Below, in pieces: positions 35,799-45,380 of a DNA stretch of 64,000 bases. Positions within the stretch are counted from its first letter, which is position 1, and each line of letters opens with the position of its first letter. Position numbers and translations under genes: made by a program. The notes beneath the pieces are model-generated. The model had not been told where the DNA came from and searched no databases. It saw nothing but the letters and a program-made list of their open reading frames with translations. This DNA comes from an uncultured Actinomycetes bacterium (GTDB lineage: Bacteria > Actinomycetota > UBA4738 > HRBIN12). The stretch lies in assembly GCA_963704725.1 (NCBI GenBank), contig OY969934.1, positions 3,360,001 to 3,424,000 on the forward strand. The letters are read 5' to 3'.

Positions 35799-37285
35799 GG
35801 CCGGCCGGCCTCGGGGCGCGCCTCCTGCGCGACGGGTTCCGCGTCGCGCTGCGGGAGCTCGAACACGACCGCCGTGCCACCCGCAGGAGTGCCTTCGATC
35901 CAGATCCGGCCGCCGTGAGCGAGCACGATCGCGCGAGCGATCGACAGACCCAGCCCGGTGCCACCCCCGGTGTCCGGTCCGCTCCGCCCGCCGCGGACGA
36001 ACGCCTCGAAGACACGCTCCCGATCCTTCGGCGCGATCCCCGGCCCGTCGTCGGCAACCCGCACTTGGACACCGGATCGCCAGGGTGCCACCGAGACCAC
36101 CACCTCACCGTCCTCCGGAGAGAACTTCGCTGCGTTCTCGAGCAGGTTCGTGAGGACCTGGTCGATCTGGACCGGGTCCGCCGGCACCTCGGGGGCGTCG
36201 CGCAAGATCGTTCGGATGCGGACCTGCCGAAGCGTCGGCGCCATCCGATGGAGAACAGACTCGACGACCTCGTCGAGTCCGATGAGCTGCTTGGCCGGCA
36301 CGAGGGCGCCGGCGCGAACCTTGGCCAGCTCGAGGATGTTGCCGATCAGCCGGTTCAGCCGGTCCGTCTCCTCCGCCACGGTGCCGAGGAGCTCGGCCCG
36401 CTGCTCGTCGTCGAGCTCCACGTCCCCCTGCATGAGTCCCGTGATCGCGGTCTTGATCGAGGCGAGAGGCGTGCGGAGGTCGTGCGTCACGGAGGAGAAC
36501 AGGGCGGCTCGGGCCTGGCTCCGCTCGGCCTCCAGGCGAGCGCTCGCGATCTGGGCGTCCATCGCCGAGCGCTCGAGCACCACCGCGATCTGCCGGGCGG
36601 CCGCCTCCAGGAGACGGAGATCGTCGGAGGCGATCCCCTCGCCGTTCGGCCGTGATGCGATGAGCGTGCCGAAGATCACGTCGCCGATCCCGATCTCGAC
36701 CCGGACGGGGATGCCGGACGCCGTCCCCTGCTGAGCGCGTCGGATGTCGAACGCGCGCCCATCCGCTCGGGCTTCGATGTGGCACGTGGCCAGGCGGAGT
36801 GCGTCCAGGAGGGATGTCGCGAGGTCGTTCAGCACGCGATCGAGGGGCTCGCCCGACATGACCTTGGTGGCGAAGTAGTTCAGCAGGCGAGCTTCCCGCT
36901 CCCGTCGAGAGGCCCGATCGCGCTCGTCCGCCGCCCGCGCCACCACGCCCCCGACCGTCAGCGCGACCACGAGGAACACGATGACCGCCACGACATCGTC
37001 CCGGGAGGTGATCCGGAACGTGTGCACGGGCTCGGTGAAGAAGAAGGTCAGTGCGATGAGTCCGAGCACGGAGCTGCCCACACCCGCCCACATCCCACCC
37101 GCCACCGATGCCAGCACGACGGCAAGCACGAACAGGGACACGGCTCCCAGGTCCCTCTGCGGCTGGACGATGAGGGCCACGCCCAGCGCGCTCGCCGGCG
37201 CCACGACCGACACGATCAAGGCCCGCACCCGAGAGCTCCCGGCCCGAGAGCTCCCGGCCGGAACGAGGAGCCAGCGATCGCTCAC
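35795..37285 (-). CDS. KdpD-like sensor kinase, C-terminal part only (4-TM DUF4118, GAF-like, HisKA, HATPase), copy 1
   Basis: FFFTEPVHTF, SSVTHDLRTPLASI, NLLENAAKFS, DDGPG, GTGLGL; lacks the KdpD/USP N-terminus. Confidence 0.85.
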   Translation of the reverse strand: MSDRWLLVPAGSSRAGSSRVRALIVSVVAPASALGVALIVQPQRDLGAVSLFVLAVVLASVAGGMWAGVGSSVLGLIALTFFFTEPVHTFRITSRDDVVAVIVFLVVALTVGGVVARAADERDRASRREREARLLNYFATKVMSGEPLDRVLNDLATSLLDALRLATCHIEARADGRAFDIRRAQQGTASGIPVRVEIGIGDVIFGTLIASRPNGEGIASDDLRLLEAAARQIAVVLERSAMDAQIASARLEAERSQARAALFSSVTHDLRTPLASIKTAITGLMQGDVELDDEQRAELLGTVAEETDRLNRLIGNILELAKVRAGALVPAKQLIGLDEVVESVLHRMAPTLRQVRIRTILRDAPEVPADPVQIDQVLTNLLENAAKFSPEDGEVVVSVAPWRSGVQVRVADDGPGIAPKDRERVFEAFVRGGRSGPDTGGGTGLGLSIARAIVLAHGGRIWIEGTPAGGTAVVFELPQRDAEPVAQEARPEAGRP

Positions 37286-37292
37286 GACGCCA

Positions 37293-37355
37293 CGCTACGG
37301 CTTCGCTACACGTTCTTCACGCCGCCGTCCCGCCCTTTCACGCGCCCTTTACGGC
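37293..37355 (+). promoter_or_regulatory. Putative KdpE-type direct-repeat operator upstream of KimA copy 2
   Basis: Half-sites cgctaca, cttcacg, tttcacg, ctttacg with AC(G) at 37308/37319/37340/37351 (spacing 11-21-11). Confidence 0.55.
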
Positions 37356-37392
37356 CGCACGCCGAGGCTAGTGATGAGAGGAGGGATCCGGG

Positions 37393-39798
37393 ATGGCCAT
37401 CAGGACGGCTCCGCCCGCGGCTGCCACGCCGCCCGGTGCGCCGGCCCGACCGCAGCCCCAGACGAGAGGGCTCGGACACCTGTGGAAGCGGGTCGTTCTC
37501 GGCCCCGCCCTCCCCACGGCGGCCCTCCAGCACGAGCGGTTGGGCAAGCCCACGGCCCTCGCGGTGTTCGCCAGCGACAACCTCTCCTCGGTTGCCTACG
37601 CCACGGAGGAGATCCTGAAGGTCGGCGTCCCCGCGGTCGGCGTCGCCGCCTTCACGCTGCTGATGCCGGTGACGTACGGCATCCTCGCGGTCCTGGCCAT
37701 CCTCCTCTTCTCGTACCGGCAGACGATCAAGGCCTACCCCAGCGCCGGCGGGGCGTACGTGGTGACGAAGGACAACTTCGGGCTCCTGTCGGCGCAGGTC
37801 GCGGGTGTCGCGTTGCTCACCGACTATGTCTTGACGGTCTCCGTGTCGGTGGCCGCGGGCGTCGCCGCGATGACGTCGGCGGCGCCGGGCCTGTTTCCCT
37901 ATCGCGTCTGGCTGGCCGTGGCGTGCATCTGGTTCATCGCCTGGGGGAACCTGCGGGGCGTCCGCGAATCGGGCCGCATGTTCGCGATCCCCACCTACTT
38001 CTTCGTCGGGACGATGCTCGTGCTACTCGCGACAGGGATCGCTCGGGCGCTGTTCGGTGGGCTCCACCCCGTGCCCATCCCAACCGGCGTGCGCGAAACG
38101 ACCGGTGCGATCGGCCTCTTCGTCGTCCTGCACGCGTTCGCGTCGGGTGGAGCTGCGGTGACGGGTGTCGAGGCGATCTCGAACGGCATCCCCGCGTTCA
38201 AGCCGCCCGAATGGCGCAACGCCCGGACGACGCTCATGTGGATGGGAAGCACCCTCGGCGTCATGTTCCTCGGTCTCTCGTTCCTCGCCTTGAAGCTCAA
38301 GGTCACGCCCACAGAAACGAAGACGGTGATCTCGCAGGTCGGCCGGGCCGTGTTCGGGACCGGGCTGTTCGGCACGGCACTGTTCCTGATGCTGCAGGTG
38401 GCGACGACGATGATCCTCATCCTGGCCGCCAATACGTCCTTCGCCGACTTCCCGCGCCTCGCGAGCTTCCAGGCCCGGGACGACTTCATGCCCCGACTGC
38501 TCACGAAGCGAGGCCACCGGCTCGTCTTCTCGAACGGGGTCATCGGCCTCGCGATCGCCGCCTCGAGCCTCGTCATCGTGTTCGGGGCGGACGTGCACCG
38601 GTTGATCCCGCTCTACGCGATCGGGGTCTTCACGTCGTTCACGCTGTCACAGGGCGGGATGGCCCGTCGCCACCTGCGACATCGCGAGCTCGGGTGGCGA
38701 CACGGCCTCGCGATCAACGCGGTAGGGGCGCTCACGACGGCCGTCGTCGCCGTCGTTGTGGCGTACACGAAGTTCCACGACGGTGCGTGGGCGGTGATCC
38801 TCTTCGTCCCCATCATGGTGTCGATCCTGGTCCGCATGAACCACCACTACGAGCGGGAGCACGAGGAGCTCGACGAGGGGCTGGAGCCGTTCACACGCGC
38901 GGAGCTCCGCCGACCGGCCGCCGTGGTGCTCGTCGGCGATCTCGACCGCAAGACGCTCCACGCACTGCAGTACGCGCGCACGATCCATCCGAGCACCACG
39001 CACGCGATCCACGTCGAGCGCGGCACGGCCGAGACAGAGGACCTTCGGCGCCGATGGGCCGAGCTCGGGATCGAGGTCCCGCTGAAGATCCTGTCCCGCC
39101 GAGGCGGGGTCGCCGAGACGATCGCCGACTACGCGGCGAGTCTCCCCGGCGAAACGGACGTCACGATGATCGTCCCCGGCCCGGATCGGATGGGCCGGAT
39201 CGAGCGGCTGCGTCGCGGCCGCACGGGCTCGCAGCTGGCGCGGGCGCTCGCCCCCAACCCGCATGTGCGGGTCACGCTCGTCCGCGACCACCCCGAGCGG
39301 CACGGCAACCTAACCACGGCTCGCCGGCTCCTCCCCCGGGCCATCCACCGAGCCGTCGTCCTCGTCGACAAGCCCGACCGCGCGGCACTCCAGGCCGTCC
39401 GGTACGCGCTCTCGCTCGGTGCCGACGAGGTGTTCTCGGTGCACGCCGCCGTGGACCCGGAGATCCAGGACGAGCTGATCACCAAGTGGATGGACCTGCG
39501 GATCCCGGTGGCCCTGGACCTGGTGGAGTGTTGGGATCGCGACGTGGCGCGCTCGGTGGAGCGATATGTGGTGGACCTCATGGGCCAGCGCACCGAGGTG
39601 ACGGTCGTCATCCCGCGAAGGGACTTCGCTCGGCTCAGCCACCGGGTGCTGCACGACCGGACCAGCAGGGGCATCGCGCGGGCCCTCGGCCGCTACGAGC
39701 ACCTCGACGTCGCCGTCGTCCCCTACTTCTTCGGCAAGCGGGCCGCTTCGCCGGCCGGCGCGGCCGAGGCGGCGGCGTCCCTTGACGGGCCGCGCTAG
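37393..39798 (+). CDS. APC-family KimA/YdaO-like K+ transporter, copy 2
   Basis: FASDNLSSVAYATEE, YPSAGGAY, LLTDY, TGVEAISNG, AANTSFADFPRL, GHRLVFSNG. Confidence 0.9.
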   Translation: MAIRTAPPAAATPPGAPARPQPQTRGLGHLWKRVVLGPALPTAALQHERLGKPTALAVFASDNLSSVAYATEEILKVGVPAVGVAAFTLLMPVTYGILAVLAILLFSYRQTIKAYPSAGGAYVVTKDNFGLLSAQVAGVALLTDYVLTVSVSVAAGVAAMTSAAPGLFPYRVWLAVACIWFIAWGNLRGVRESGRMFAIPTYFFVGTMLVLLATGIARALFGGLHPVPIPTGVRETTGAIGLFVVLHAFASGGAAVTGVEAISNGIPAFKPPEWRNARTTLMWMGSTLGVMFLGLSFLALKLKVTPTETKTVISQVGRAVFGTGLFGTALFLMLQVATTMILILAANTSFADFPRLASFQARDDFMPRLLTKRGHRLVFSNGVIGLAIAASSLVIVFGADVHRLIPLYAIGVFTSFTLSQGGMARRHLRHRELGWRHGLAINAVGALTTAVVAVVVAYTKFHDGAWAVILFVPIMVSILVRMNHHYEREHEELDEGLEPFTRAELRRPAAVVLVGDLDRKTLHALQYARTIHPSTTHAIHVERGTAETEDLRRRWAELGIEVPLKILSRRGGVAETIADYAASLPGETDVTMIVPGPDRMGRIERLRRGRTGSQLARALAPNPHVRVTLVRDHPERHGNLTTARRLLPRAIHRAVVLVDKPDRAALQAVRYALSLGADEVFSVHAAVDPEIQDELITKWMDLRIPVALDLVECWDRDVARSVERYVVDLMGQRTEVTVVIPRRDFARLSHRVLHDRTSRGIARALGRYEHLDVAVVPYFFGKRAASPAGAAEAAASLDGPR

Positions 39799-39809
39799 GC
39801 TACCGAGCC

Positions 39810-40469
39810 GTGCGCGTCATCATCATGGGTTGCGGTCGCGTCGGCATCCTGCTCACGCAGGAGCTCGCGAAGGCCGGACACGAGATCGCGGTGATCGACA
39901 AGCACGCGTCGGCCTTCGACCGTCTGCCCCCCGGATTCGAGGCTCGCACCCTCGTCGGGCTCGGCTTCGACCGAGAGGTGCTGGAGGACGCGGGGATCAA
40001 GGAGGCGGACGCGTTCCTTGCCGTGTCGAACGGCGACAACTCGAACATCCTGTCCGCCCGGGTGGCGCGCGAGCACTACCACGTGCCGAAGGTCATCGCG
40101 CGCATCTACGACCCGATGCGGGCGGACATCTACGAGCGTCTGAACATCCCCACCGTGTCGACCACCCGGTGGGGCGTGAAGCAGATGGTGCTGATGCTCA
40201 GCCACCCCCGCGAGGAGATCAAGGAGACGCTCGCGGCGGGCGACCTGTTCCGGATGCGGATCCAGATCCCGAGTCACCTGGTCGGCAAGCCGGTCTCGAC
40301 CCTCGAGATCCCGGGGCAGATCCTCGTGGCCGGGGTCGACCGGGGCGGCAAGGGCTTCATCCCGGTGGCCTCGAGCGCGTTCCAGGAAGAGGACTACGCC
40401 GCGGTCATCGTCCAGAAGGACGCGCTGGAGACCCTCGACGACCTGCTCCAACCCGCGGTGGAGCACTGA
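39810..40469 (+). CDS. trkA: TrkA-family RCK protein (CeoB-like)
   Basis: IMGCGRVG Rossmann motif, GDNSNI, IARIYDP. Confidence 0.92.
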   Translation: MRVIIMGCGRVGILLTQELAKAGHEIAVIDKHASAFDRLPPGFEARTLVGLGFDREVLEDAGIKEADAFLAVSNGDNSNILSARVAREHYHVPKVIARIYDPMRADIYERLNIPTVSTTRWGVKQMVLMLSHPREEIKETLAAGDLFRMRIQIPSHLVGKPVSTLEIPGQILVAGVDRGGKGFIPVASSAFQEEDYAAVIVQKDALETLDDLLQPAVEH

Positions 40470-40470
40470 C

Positions 40471-41148
40471 ATGCGGGTCGTGATCACCGGCGCCGGGGCC
40501 GTCGGGCGGCATCTCGCCTCCGATCTCGCGAGCCGCGGCCACGCCGTCACCCTGATCGAGCAGAACCCCGACGTGCTCGAAACCGCCCGGGAGTGGGCGC
40601 CCGACGTCGAGCACATGCTCGGCGACGCGTGCGAGCCCTGGGTGCTCGAGAAGGCCAAGCTCGACACGGCCGACGTGGTCGTCGCGGCGACCGGCGACGA
40701 CGAGGACAACCTCGTCACGTCGCTGCTCGCGAAGCAGGAGTACGGCGTGCCGCGGGTGCTGGCTCGCGTGAACTACCCCGGCAACGAGTGGCTGTTCACC
40801 GAGCAGTGGGGCGTCGACGCTCCCGTATCGCCGCCTCATATCCTGACCGCGATGGTCGAGGAGGAGGTCACCGTGGGCGACCTGGTGCGGCTCCTTCCCC
40901 TCGAGCGCGGGCGGATCTCGATCGTCGAGCTCACGGTCCCCGCCGACTCGCCGAACGCGGGCCGGCCGCTCTACGAGCTCCGGCTCCCGGCGGACGCCGC
41001 GATCGTGGCGATCATCCGCGAGGAGCACGTCGTGATCCCGCAGCCCGAGACCGTGATCACCGACGGCGACGAGGTCATCGCGCTCACGATCCCGGACTCC
41101 GAGTCCGCCCTGCGTGCGGCCGTCCTCGGCGAGGCGGCCGAAGACTAG
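40471..41148 (+). CDS. trkA: TrkA-family RCK protein (CeoC-like)
   Basis: ITGAGAVG, GDACE, TGDDEDNLVTSLLAK, NEWLF...WGVD. Confidence 0.92.
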   Translation: MRVVITGAGAVGRHLASDLASRGHAVTLIEQNPDVLETAREWAPDVEHMLGDACEPWVLEKAKLDTADVVVAATGDDEDNLVTSLLAKQEYGVPRVLARVNYPGNEWLFTEQWGVDAPVSPPHILTAMVEEEVTVGDLVRLLPLERGRISIVELTVPADSPNAGRPLYELRLPADAAIVAIIREEHVVIPQPETVITDGDEVIALTIPDSESALRAAVLGEAAED

Positions 41149-41861
41149 GCCCCGGGGTCGCCGGCCGCCCGGTCGGCCACCGGCGGGGGCGCCCACCGGT
41201 ACCCGACGCCGGGCTCGGTGAGGATCAGCGACGGCCGGTCGACGCTCGGCTCGACCTTGCGCCGGAGCTGACTGACGAACACTCGGAGCACCTCGACGTC
41301 CTCCTGGTAGCCGGCCCCCCACACCCGCTCGAGCAGCCATCGGTGCGTGAGCAGCTTGCCCGGGTGCTCCGCCATCGCCTCCAGGAGAGCCCATTCGGTC
41401 TTCGTGAGGTGGACGTTCCGCCCGTCCCGAGACACCCGATGCGCGTTCAGGTCGATCACCACGCCGTCGACCTCGAAGCGCGGCGACTCCGCCTCCTTGG
41501 CCTGAGCCCGCCGCAGCAGCGCGCGCACCCGGGCGAGCAGCTCCTCCACGCCGAACGGCTTCGTCAGGTAGTCGTCCGCGCCGAGGTCGAGCGCCTTCAC
41601 CTTGCCCGCCTCGTCCTCCCGGACCGACAGGATCAGGATCGGCACGCTCGTCCACGTCCGGAGGCGGCGGCACACCTCCAGGCCGTCGATGCCGGGGAGG
41701 TTGAGATCGAGGACCACGAGGTCGGGCACCGTGGCCTCGATCTCGGCGATCGCGTCCTCGCCGTCGACGGCCGTCAGGACCTCGTAGCCGCGGGCGGCGA
41801 GGGCCCGGCGGAGCGCTCGCAGGATCTGCTGCTCGTCGTCGACGACGACGATCCGGCTCAT
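41145..41861 (-). CDS. kdpE: KdpE-like response regulator, copy 2
   Basis: VVDDEQQILR, GADDYLTKPF, LRVFVSQLRRKVE, ILTEPGVGYR. Confidence 0.88.
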   Translation of the reverse strand: MSRIVVVDDEQQILRALRRALAARGYEVLTAVDGEDAIAEIEATVPDLVVLDLNLPGIDGLEVCRRLRTWTSVPILILSVREDEAGKVKALDLGADDYLTKPFGVEELLARVRALLRRAQAKEAESPRFEVDGVVIDLNAHRVSRDGRNVHLTKTEWALLEAMAEHPGKLLTHRWLLERVWGAGYQEDVEVLRVFVSQLRRKVEPSVDRPSLILTEPGVGYRWAPPPVADRAAGDPGA

Positions 41862-43375
41862 GCCTCGGCCCGGCTCCCGGCCAGGGCGACCGCGAACGTG
41901 GCGCCGCCCCCGGGCGTGTCCTCGACCCAGATCTCGCCGTCCATCGCCACGACGAAGCCCTTGGCGATGGCGAGCCCGAGCCCCTTCCCCAGCCTGGGAT
42001 TTCGCTGGTCGAGGTCGTAGAACGGGTGGAACAGCGCCTCCCGAGCGTCTGCCGGCAGGCCCTGGCCGTGGTCGATCACGCGGATCGTGACCCGGCCGTC
42101 CGAGCAGCGCGACGTCACCTCGACCTCCGCCGAGGTTGCGCTCGCCGAGCGTGCGGCGTTGTCGAGCAGGTTCGTGAGCACCCGATCGAGGAAGACTCGG
42201 TCCGCTCGGACGACGTCGCCGTCCTCCACCCGCGTTCGGATCCGTTCCTGGGGCCGGACGCGCCGGACGTTGGCGACGCTCGTCGAGACGGCGTCGAGGA
42301 CGTCGACGGTCTCCAGCCTGGCGTGCAGGACGCCGGCCTCGATCCGGGACATGTCGAGGAGGTTGGCGATGAGCGCGTTCAGCCGCTCGGCCTCGGCGTC
42401 GATCGCCTCCAGCGCCTCGCGCCGCTCCGCCGACGACCGCGTCACATCCTCGGCGAGGAGGTCGGTGACGGTGGCCTTGATCGCGGAGAGTGGGCTCCGG
42501 AGGTCGTGGGAGACGGCGGCGAGCAGCGTCTGCCGCAGGCGCTCGGTCTGACGGTAGACCTCGGCGTCGGTCGCCGTCCGCAGGAGCCGGTCACGCTCGA
42601 GCACGAGGGCGAGCTGGTCTCCGAACGCCCGCAGCACCCGGCTCTCCGACGCCGCCGGTGCGGGCCGCGATCCGCGCAGGACGAGGAGACCGACGTTGTT
42701 GGACCCCACCGAGAGGGGAAGCCGCTCCGGCGGGCGCTCGGCCGAGCGCGGGTCCCACTCGGGGACGATCTCCCCCGGAGAGCAGGCCACCGCCACCTCC
42801 TCGCGCAATCCGCCGGCGTTCGAGGCGTCGCGGACGAACAACGCTCCGGCCTCGTACCCGAACATCTCCAGGATGTGCCCGATGATCTGCCGGTACGCCT
42901 CCGGACCCGGGCCCCGCATCACGAGCTCGCGCGACAGGTCCTGGAGGGTGCGCAGCTCGGCCTCCCGAGCCTCGGCCGCCGCGGCGCGTTCGATCGAGCG
43001 GCCGAGCAGGATCGCGATCAGCACGGACAGCGCGAGGAAGACGAAGAGCACGACCACGTACTCGGGCTTGCTGATCACGAACGTGCCGTAGGGAGGGATG
43101 AAGAAGAAGTTGAAGGCCACGAAGCCGAGCAACGACGCCAGAACGCCGGGGCCGATGCCGCCGATCCACGCCGCCGCCACGACGGGCACGACGAACCCGA
43201 ACCCCTTCGTCAGCGGTTCGAGGTCCTCGCGGAGCGGGAGGAACAGGGCGATGAGGGCGGCCGTGCTTCCCACTGCCACGGCGTACGCGATCGCCTGACG
43301 GCGCGGTCGCGGCGAGCGGATCAGCCGGAGCCTCGACCCGGCAGACGGTCGCTCCATGTCGTCCAGCAACGCCAT
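41858..43375 (-). CDS. KdpD-like sensor kinase, C-terminal part only, copy 2
   Basis: FNFFFIPPYGTF, AAVSHDLRSPL, NLLDMSRIEAG, GLGLAIAKGFV. Start 43375 or 43357. Confidence 0.85.
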   Translation of the reverse strand: MALLDDMERPSAGSRLRLIRSPRPRRQAIAYAVAVGSTAALIALFLPLREDLEPLTKGFGFVVPVVAAAWIGGIGPGVLASLLGFVAFNFFFIPPYGTFVISKPEYVVVLFVFLALSVLIAILLGRSIERAAAAEAREAELRTLQDLSRELVMRGPGPEAYRQIIGHILEMFGYEAGALFVRDASNAGGLREEVAVACSPGEIVPEWDPRSAERPPERLPLSVGSNNVGLLVLRGSRPAPAASESRVLRAFGDQLALVLERDRLLRTATDAEVYRQTERLRQTLLAAVSHDLRSPLSAIKATVTDLLAEDVTRSSAERREALEAIDAEAERLNALIANLLDMSRIEAGVLHARLETVDVLDAVSTSVANVRRVRPQERIRTRVEDGDVVRADRVFLDRVLTNLLDNAARSASATSAEVEVTSRCSDGRVTIRVIDHGQGLPADAREALFHPFYDLDQRNPRLGKGLGLAIAKGFVVAMDGEIWVEDTPGGGATFAVALAGSRAEA

Positions 43376-43443
43376 CCCTCGAGTCGACGGACCGGCCACA
43401 GCATCCCACCGAGCCGGCCGGCACCGTCGCGGCACGAGGGATT

Positions 43444-43494
43444 CCTCACGGATCCCATACGCCGGAGCGCGGCTTGCTTACGGCTCCTTGACGG
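43444..43494 (+). promoter_or_regulatory. Putative KdpE-type direct-repeat operator upstream of the kdp operon
   Basis: cctcacg, ccatacg, gcttacg, cttgacg with ACG at 43448/43459/43480/43491 (spacing 11-21-11). Confidence 0.6.
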
Positions 43495-43538
43495 GTCCGA
43501 ACCTACGCTCGACGGGATCGGGAGAAGGGGGAGCGGCG

Positions 43539-43622
43539 ATGCTCGATGTCCTGATGGTCGTGCTCACGGTCGTGGCCTTCGGGGCGATGTTCGCCCTGAT
43601 CGCGGGGCTGGAGCGCGTATGA
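43539..43622 (+). CDS. 27-aa hydrophobic peptide upstream of kdpF
   Basis: MLDVLMVVLTVVAFGAMFALIAGLERV; SD gggggag; stop overlaps the kdpF ATG (ATGA). Confidence 0.75.
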   Translation: MLDVLMVVLTVVAFGAMFALIAGLERV

Positions 43623-43708
43623 AGCTCTCCGACGTCCTCGAGCTCATCCTCTCCGTTGCACTGCTGGCCTACCTCGCATACGCGCTGATCCGGCCGGAGC
43701 GCTTCTGA
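43619..43708 (+). CDS. kdpF: KdpF subunit
   Basis: MKLSDVLELILSVALLAYLAYALIRPERF (YL.YAL..PERF signature). Confidence 0.9.
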   Translation: MKLSDVLELILSVALLAYLAYALIRPERF

Positions 43709-43709
43709 C

Positions 43710-45380
43710 ATGGTCACGATCCTCGTCTACATCGTCGTGCTGATCGCGGTGACGCCGCCGCTCGGCGCCTACATGTATCGCGTCTACAAGCGCGAGCGGA
43801 TCGGGCGCGTCGAGGGCGCCGTCTACCGGCTGATCGGCGTGAACCCCACTCTGGAGCAGTCGTGGCGCCGATACGCGAACTCGTGTCTGTGGTTCAGCGT
43901 CCTGTCGATGCTGTTCCTCTACGCCCTGTTCCGCCTGCAGAACCACCTGCCGCTCAACCCGCTCGGGCTCGGCGCCGTGGACAAGTACGTCTCCTTCAAC
44001 ACCGCCGCGAGCTTCGTCACGAACACGAACTGGCAGACCTATGGCGGCGAGACCACGATGTCCTACCTCAGCCAGATGCTCGCGCTGACCTTCCAGAACT
44101 TCGTGTCGGCCACCGCGGGCATGGCCGTGCTCGTCGCGCTGTTCCGAGGATTCACCCGCGCCGGTCGAGACGAGGTCGGTAACTTCTGGCGCGACCTCGT
44201 CCGCGGCACCATCTACATCATGTTGCCGCTGTCGGCGGTCGTCGCGGTGGTTCTCGTGGCGCAAGGGGTCGTCCAGACGCTCGGTCCGTCGCTGGCCGCG
44301 CACGGCCTCCAGGGGTTCGACCAGACGATCGCCCGCGGCCCCGTGGCCGCCCAGATCGCGATCAAACAGCTCGGGACGAACGGCGGTGGGTTCTTCAACG
44401 TGAACTCGGCGCACCCGTTCGAGGGCGGCGGGCCCCTCGGCAACTTCGTCGAGATGTTCGCCATCCTGGCCATCCCCGCGGCGCTGACCTACACGTTCGG
44501 CACGTGGGTCGGCAACGTCCGTCAGGGGTGGGCGATCTTCACCGTGATGATGGTCCTCATGATCGGCGGGCTCGCCGTCACGGTCCCGTCCGAGCACTCG
44601 GCGTCCCAGGCCATGGTGGCCGCCGGCCTTCCCTCGTCCGTCCAGAACCTGGAGGGCAAGGAGGTCCGCATCGGGGCGAACGAGTCGGCGCTGTGGGCCG
44701 TTGCGACGACCGACGCCTCGAACGGCAGCGTCAACTCGATGCACGACTCGTACCGCGCGCTCGGGCAGCTCGCCCCGATGTTCAACATCGCCGTCGGCGA
44801 GGTGATCTGGGGAGGGGTCGGGAGCGGGCTGTACGGGATGATCTTCTACGCCATCATCGCCGTCTTCATCGGCGGGTTGATGGTCGGCCGCACCCCCGAG
44901 TACCTGGGCAAGAAGATCGGCGCGCGAGAGGTCAAGCTCTCCGCCATCGGCGTCCTCGTCCCGTTCATCCTGGTCCTCGGGCTCACGGCGGTCGCCGTCC
45001 TGGTCCCTGGAGGCCTGGACGCCAGGAACAACGCCGGCCCCCACGGGTTCAGCGAGCTCCTCTACGCCTTCCTGTCCCAGGGCAACAACAACGGTTCGGC
45101 CTTCGCCGGCCTCACGGCCACCGGGCCGTTCCTGGCGATCTCCGGCGGGCTGCTCATGATCGGCGCGCGGTTCGTGCCGCTCGTGGCGGCGCTCGCACTC
45201 GCCGGGAGCCTCGGACGGGCCGGAACGGTGCCGGACAGTCCCGGCACGCTGCACACGGACACGGGGCTGTTCATCGTCCTCCTCACGTTCGTCATCCTCG
45301 TCATCGGCGCGCTGACCTTCCTCCCCGGCCTCGCCGTGGGCCCCATCGTCGAGCACCTCACCGCCGGGAGCTTGTTCTGA
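43710..45380 (+). CDS. kdpA: K+-transporting ATPase subunit A
   Basis: [49 protein letters not shown]. Confidence 0.98.
   Translation: MVTILVYIVVLIAVTPPLGAYMYRVYKRERIGRVEGAVYRLIGVNPTLEQSWRRYANSCLWFSVLSMLFLYALFRLQNHLPLNPLGLGAVDKYVSFNTAASFVTNTNWQTYGGETTMSYLSQMLALTFQNFVSATAGMAVLVALFRGFTRAGRDEVGNFWRDLVRGTIYIMLPLSAVVAVVLVAQGVVQTLGPSLAAHGLQGFDQTIARGPVAAQIAIKQLGTNGGGFFNVNSAHPFEGGGPLGNFVEMFAILAIPAALTYTFGTWVGNVRQGWAIFTVMMVLMIGGLAVTVPSEHSASQAMVAAGLPSSVQNLEGKEVRIGANESALWAVATTDASNGSVNSMHDSYRALGQLAPMFNIAVGEVIWGGVGSGLYGMIFYAIIAVFIGGLMVGRTPEYLGKKIGAREVKLSAIGVLVPFILVLGLTAVAVLVPGGLDARNNAGPHGFSELLYAFLSQGNNNGSAFAGLTATGPFLAISGGLLMIGARFVPLVAALALAGSLGRAGTVPDSPGTLHTDTGLFIVLLTFVILVIGALTFLPGLAVGPIVEHLTAGSLF

Noticed and set aside
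37228-37257. 15-bp tandem duplication cccgagagctcccgg x2
   Set aside because: In-frame slippage (AGSSR x2) in a kinase N-terminal tail; two copies only, not CRISPR-like.
37286-37392. c-di-AMP (ydaO) riboswitch ahead of the KimA-like genes
   Set aside because: The spacers are short (about 107 bp and 12 bp) and I see no ydaO hallmarks; direct repeats explain the longer one better.
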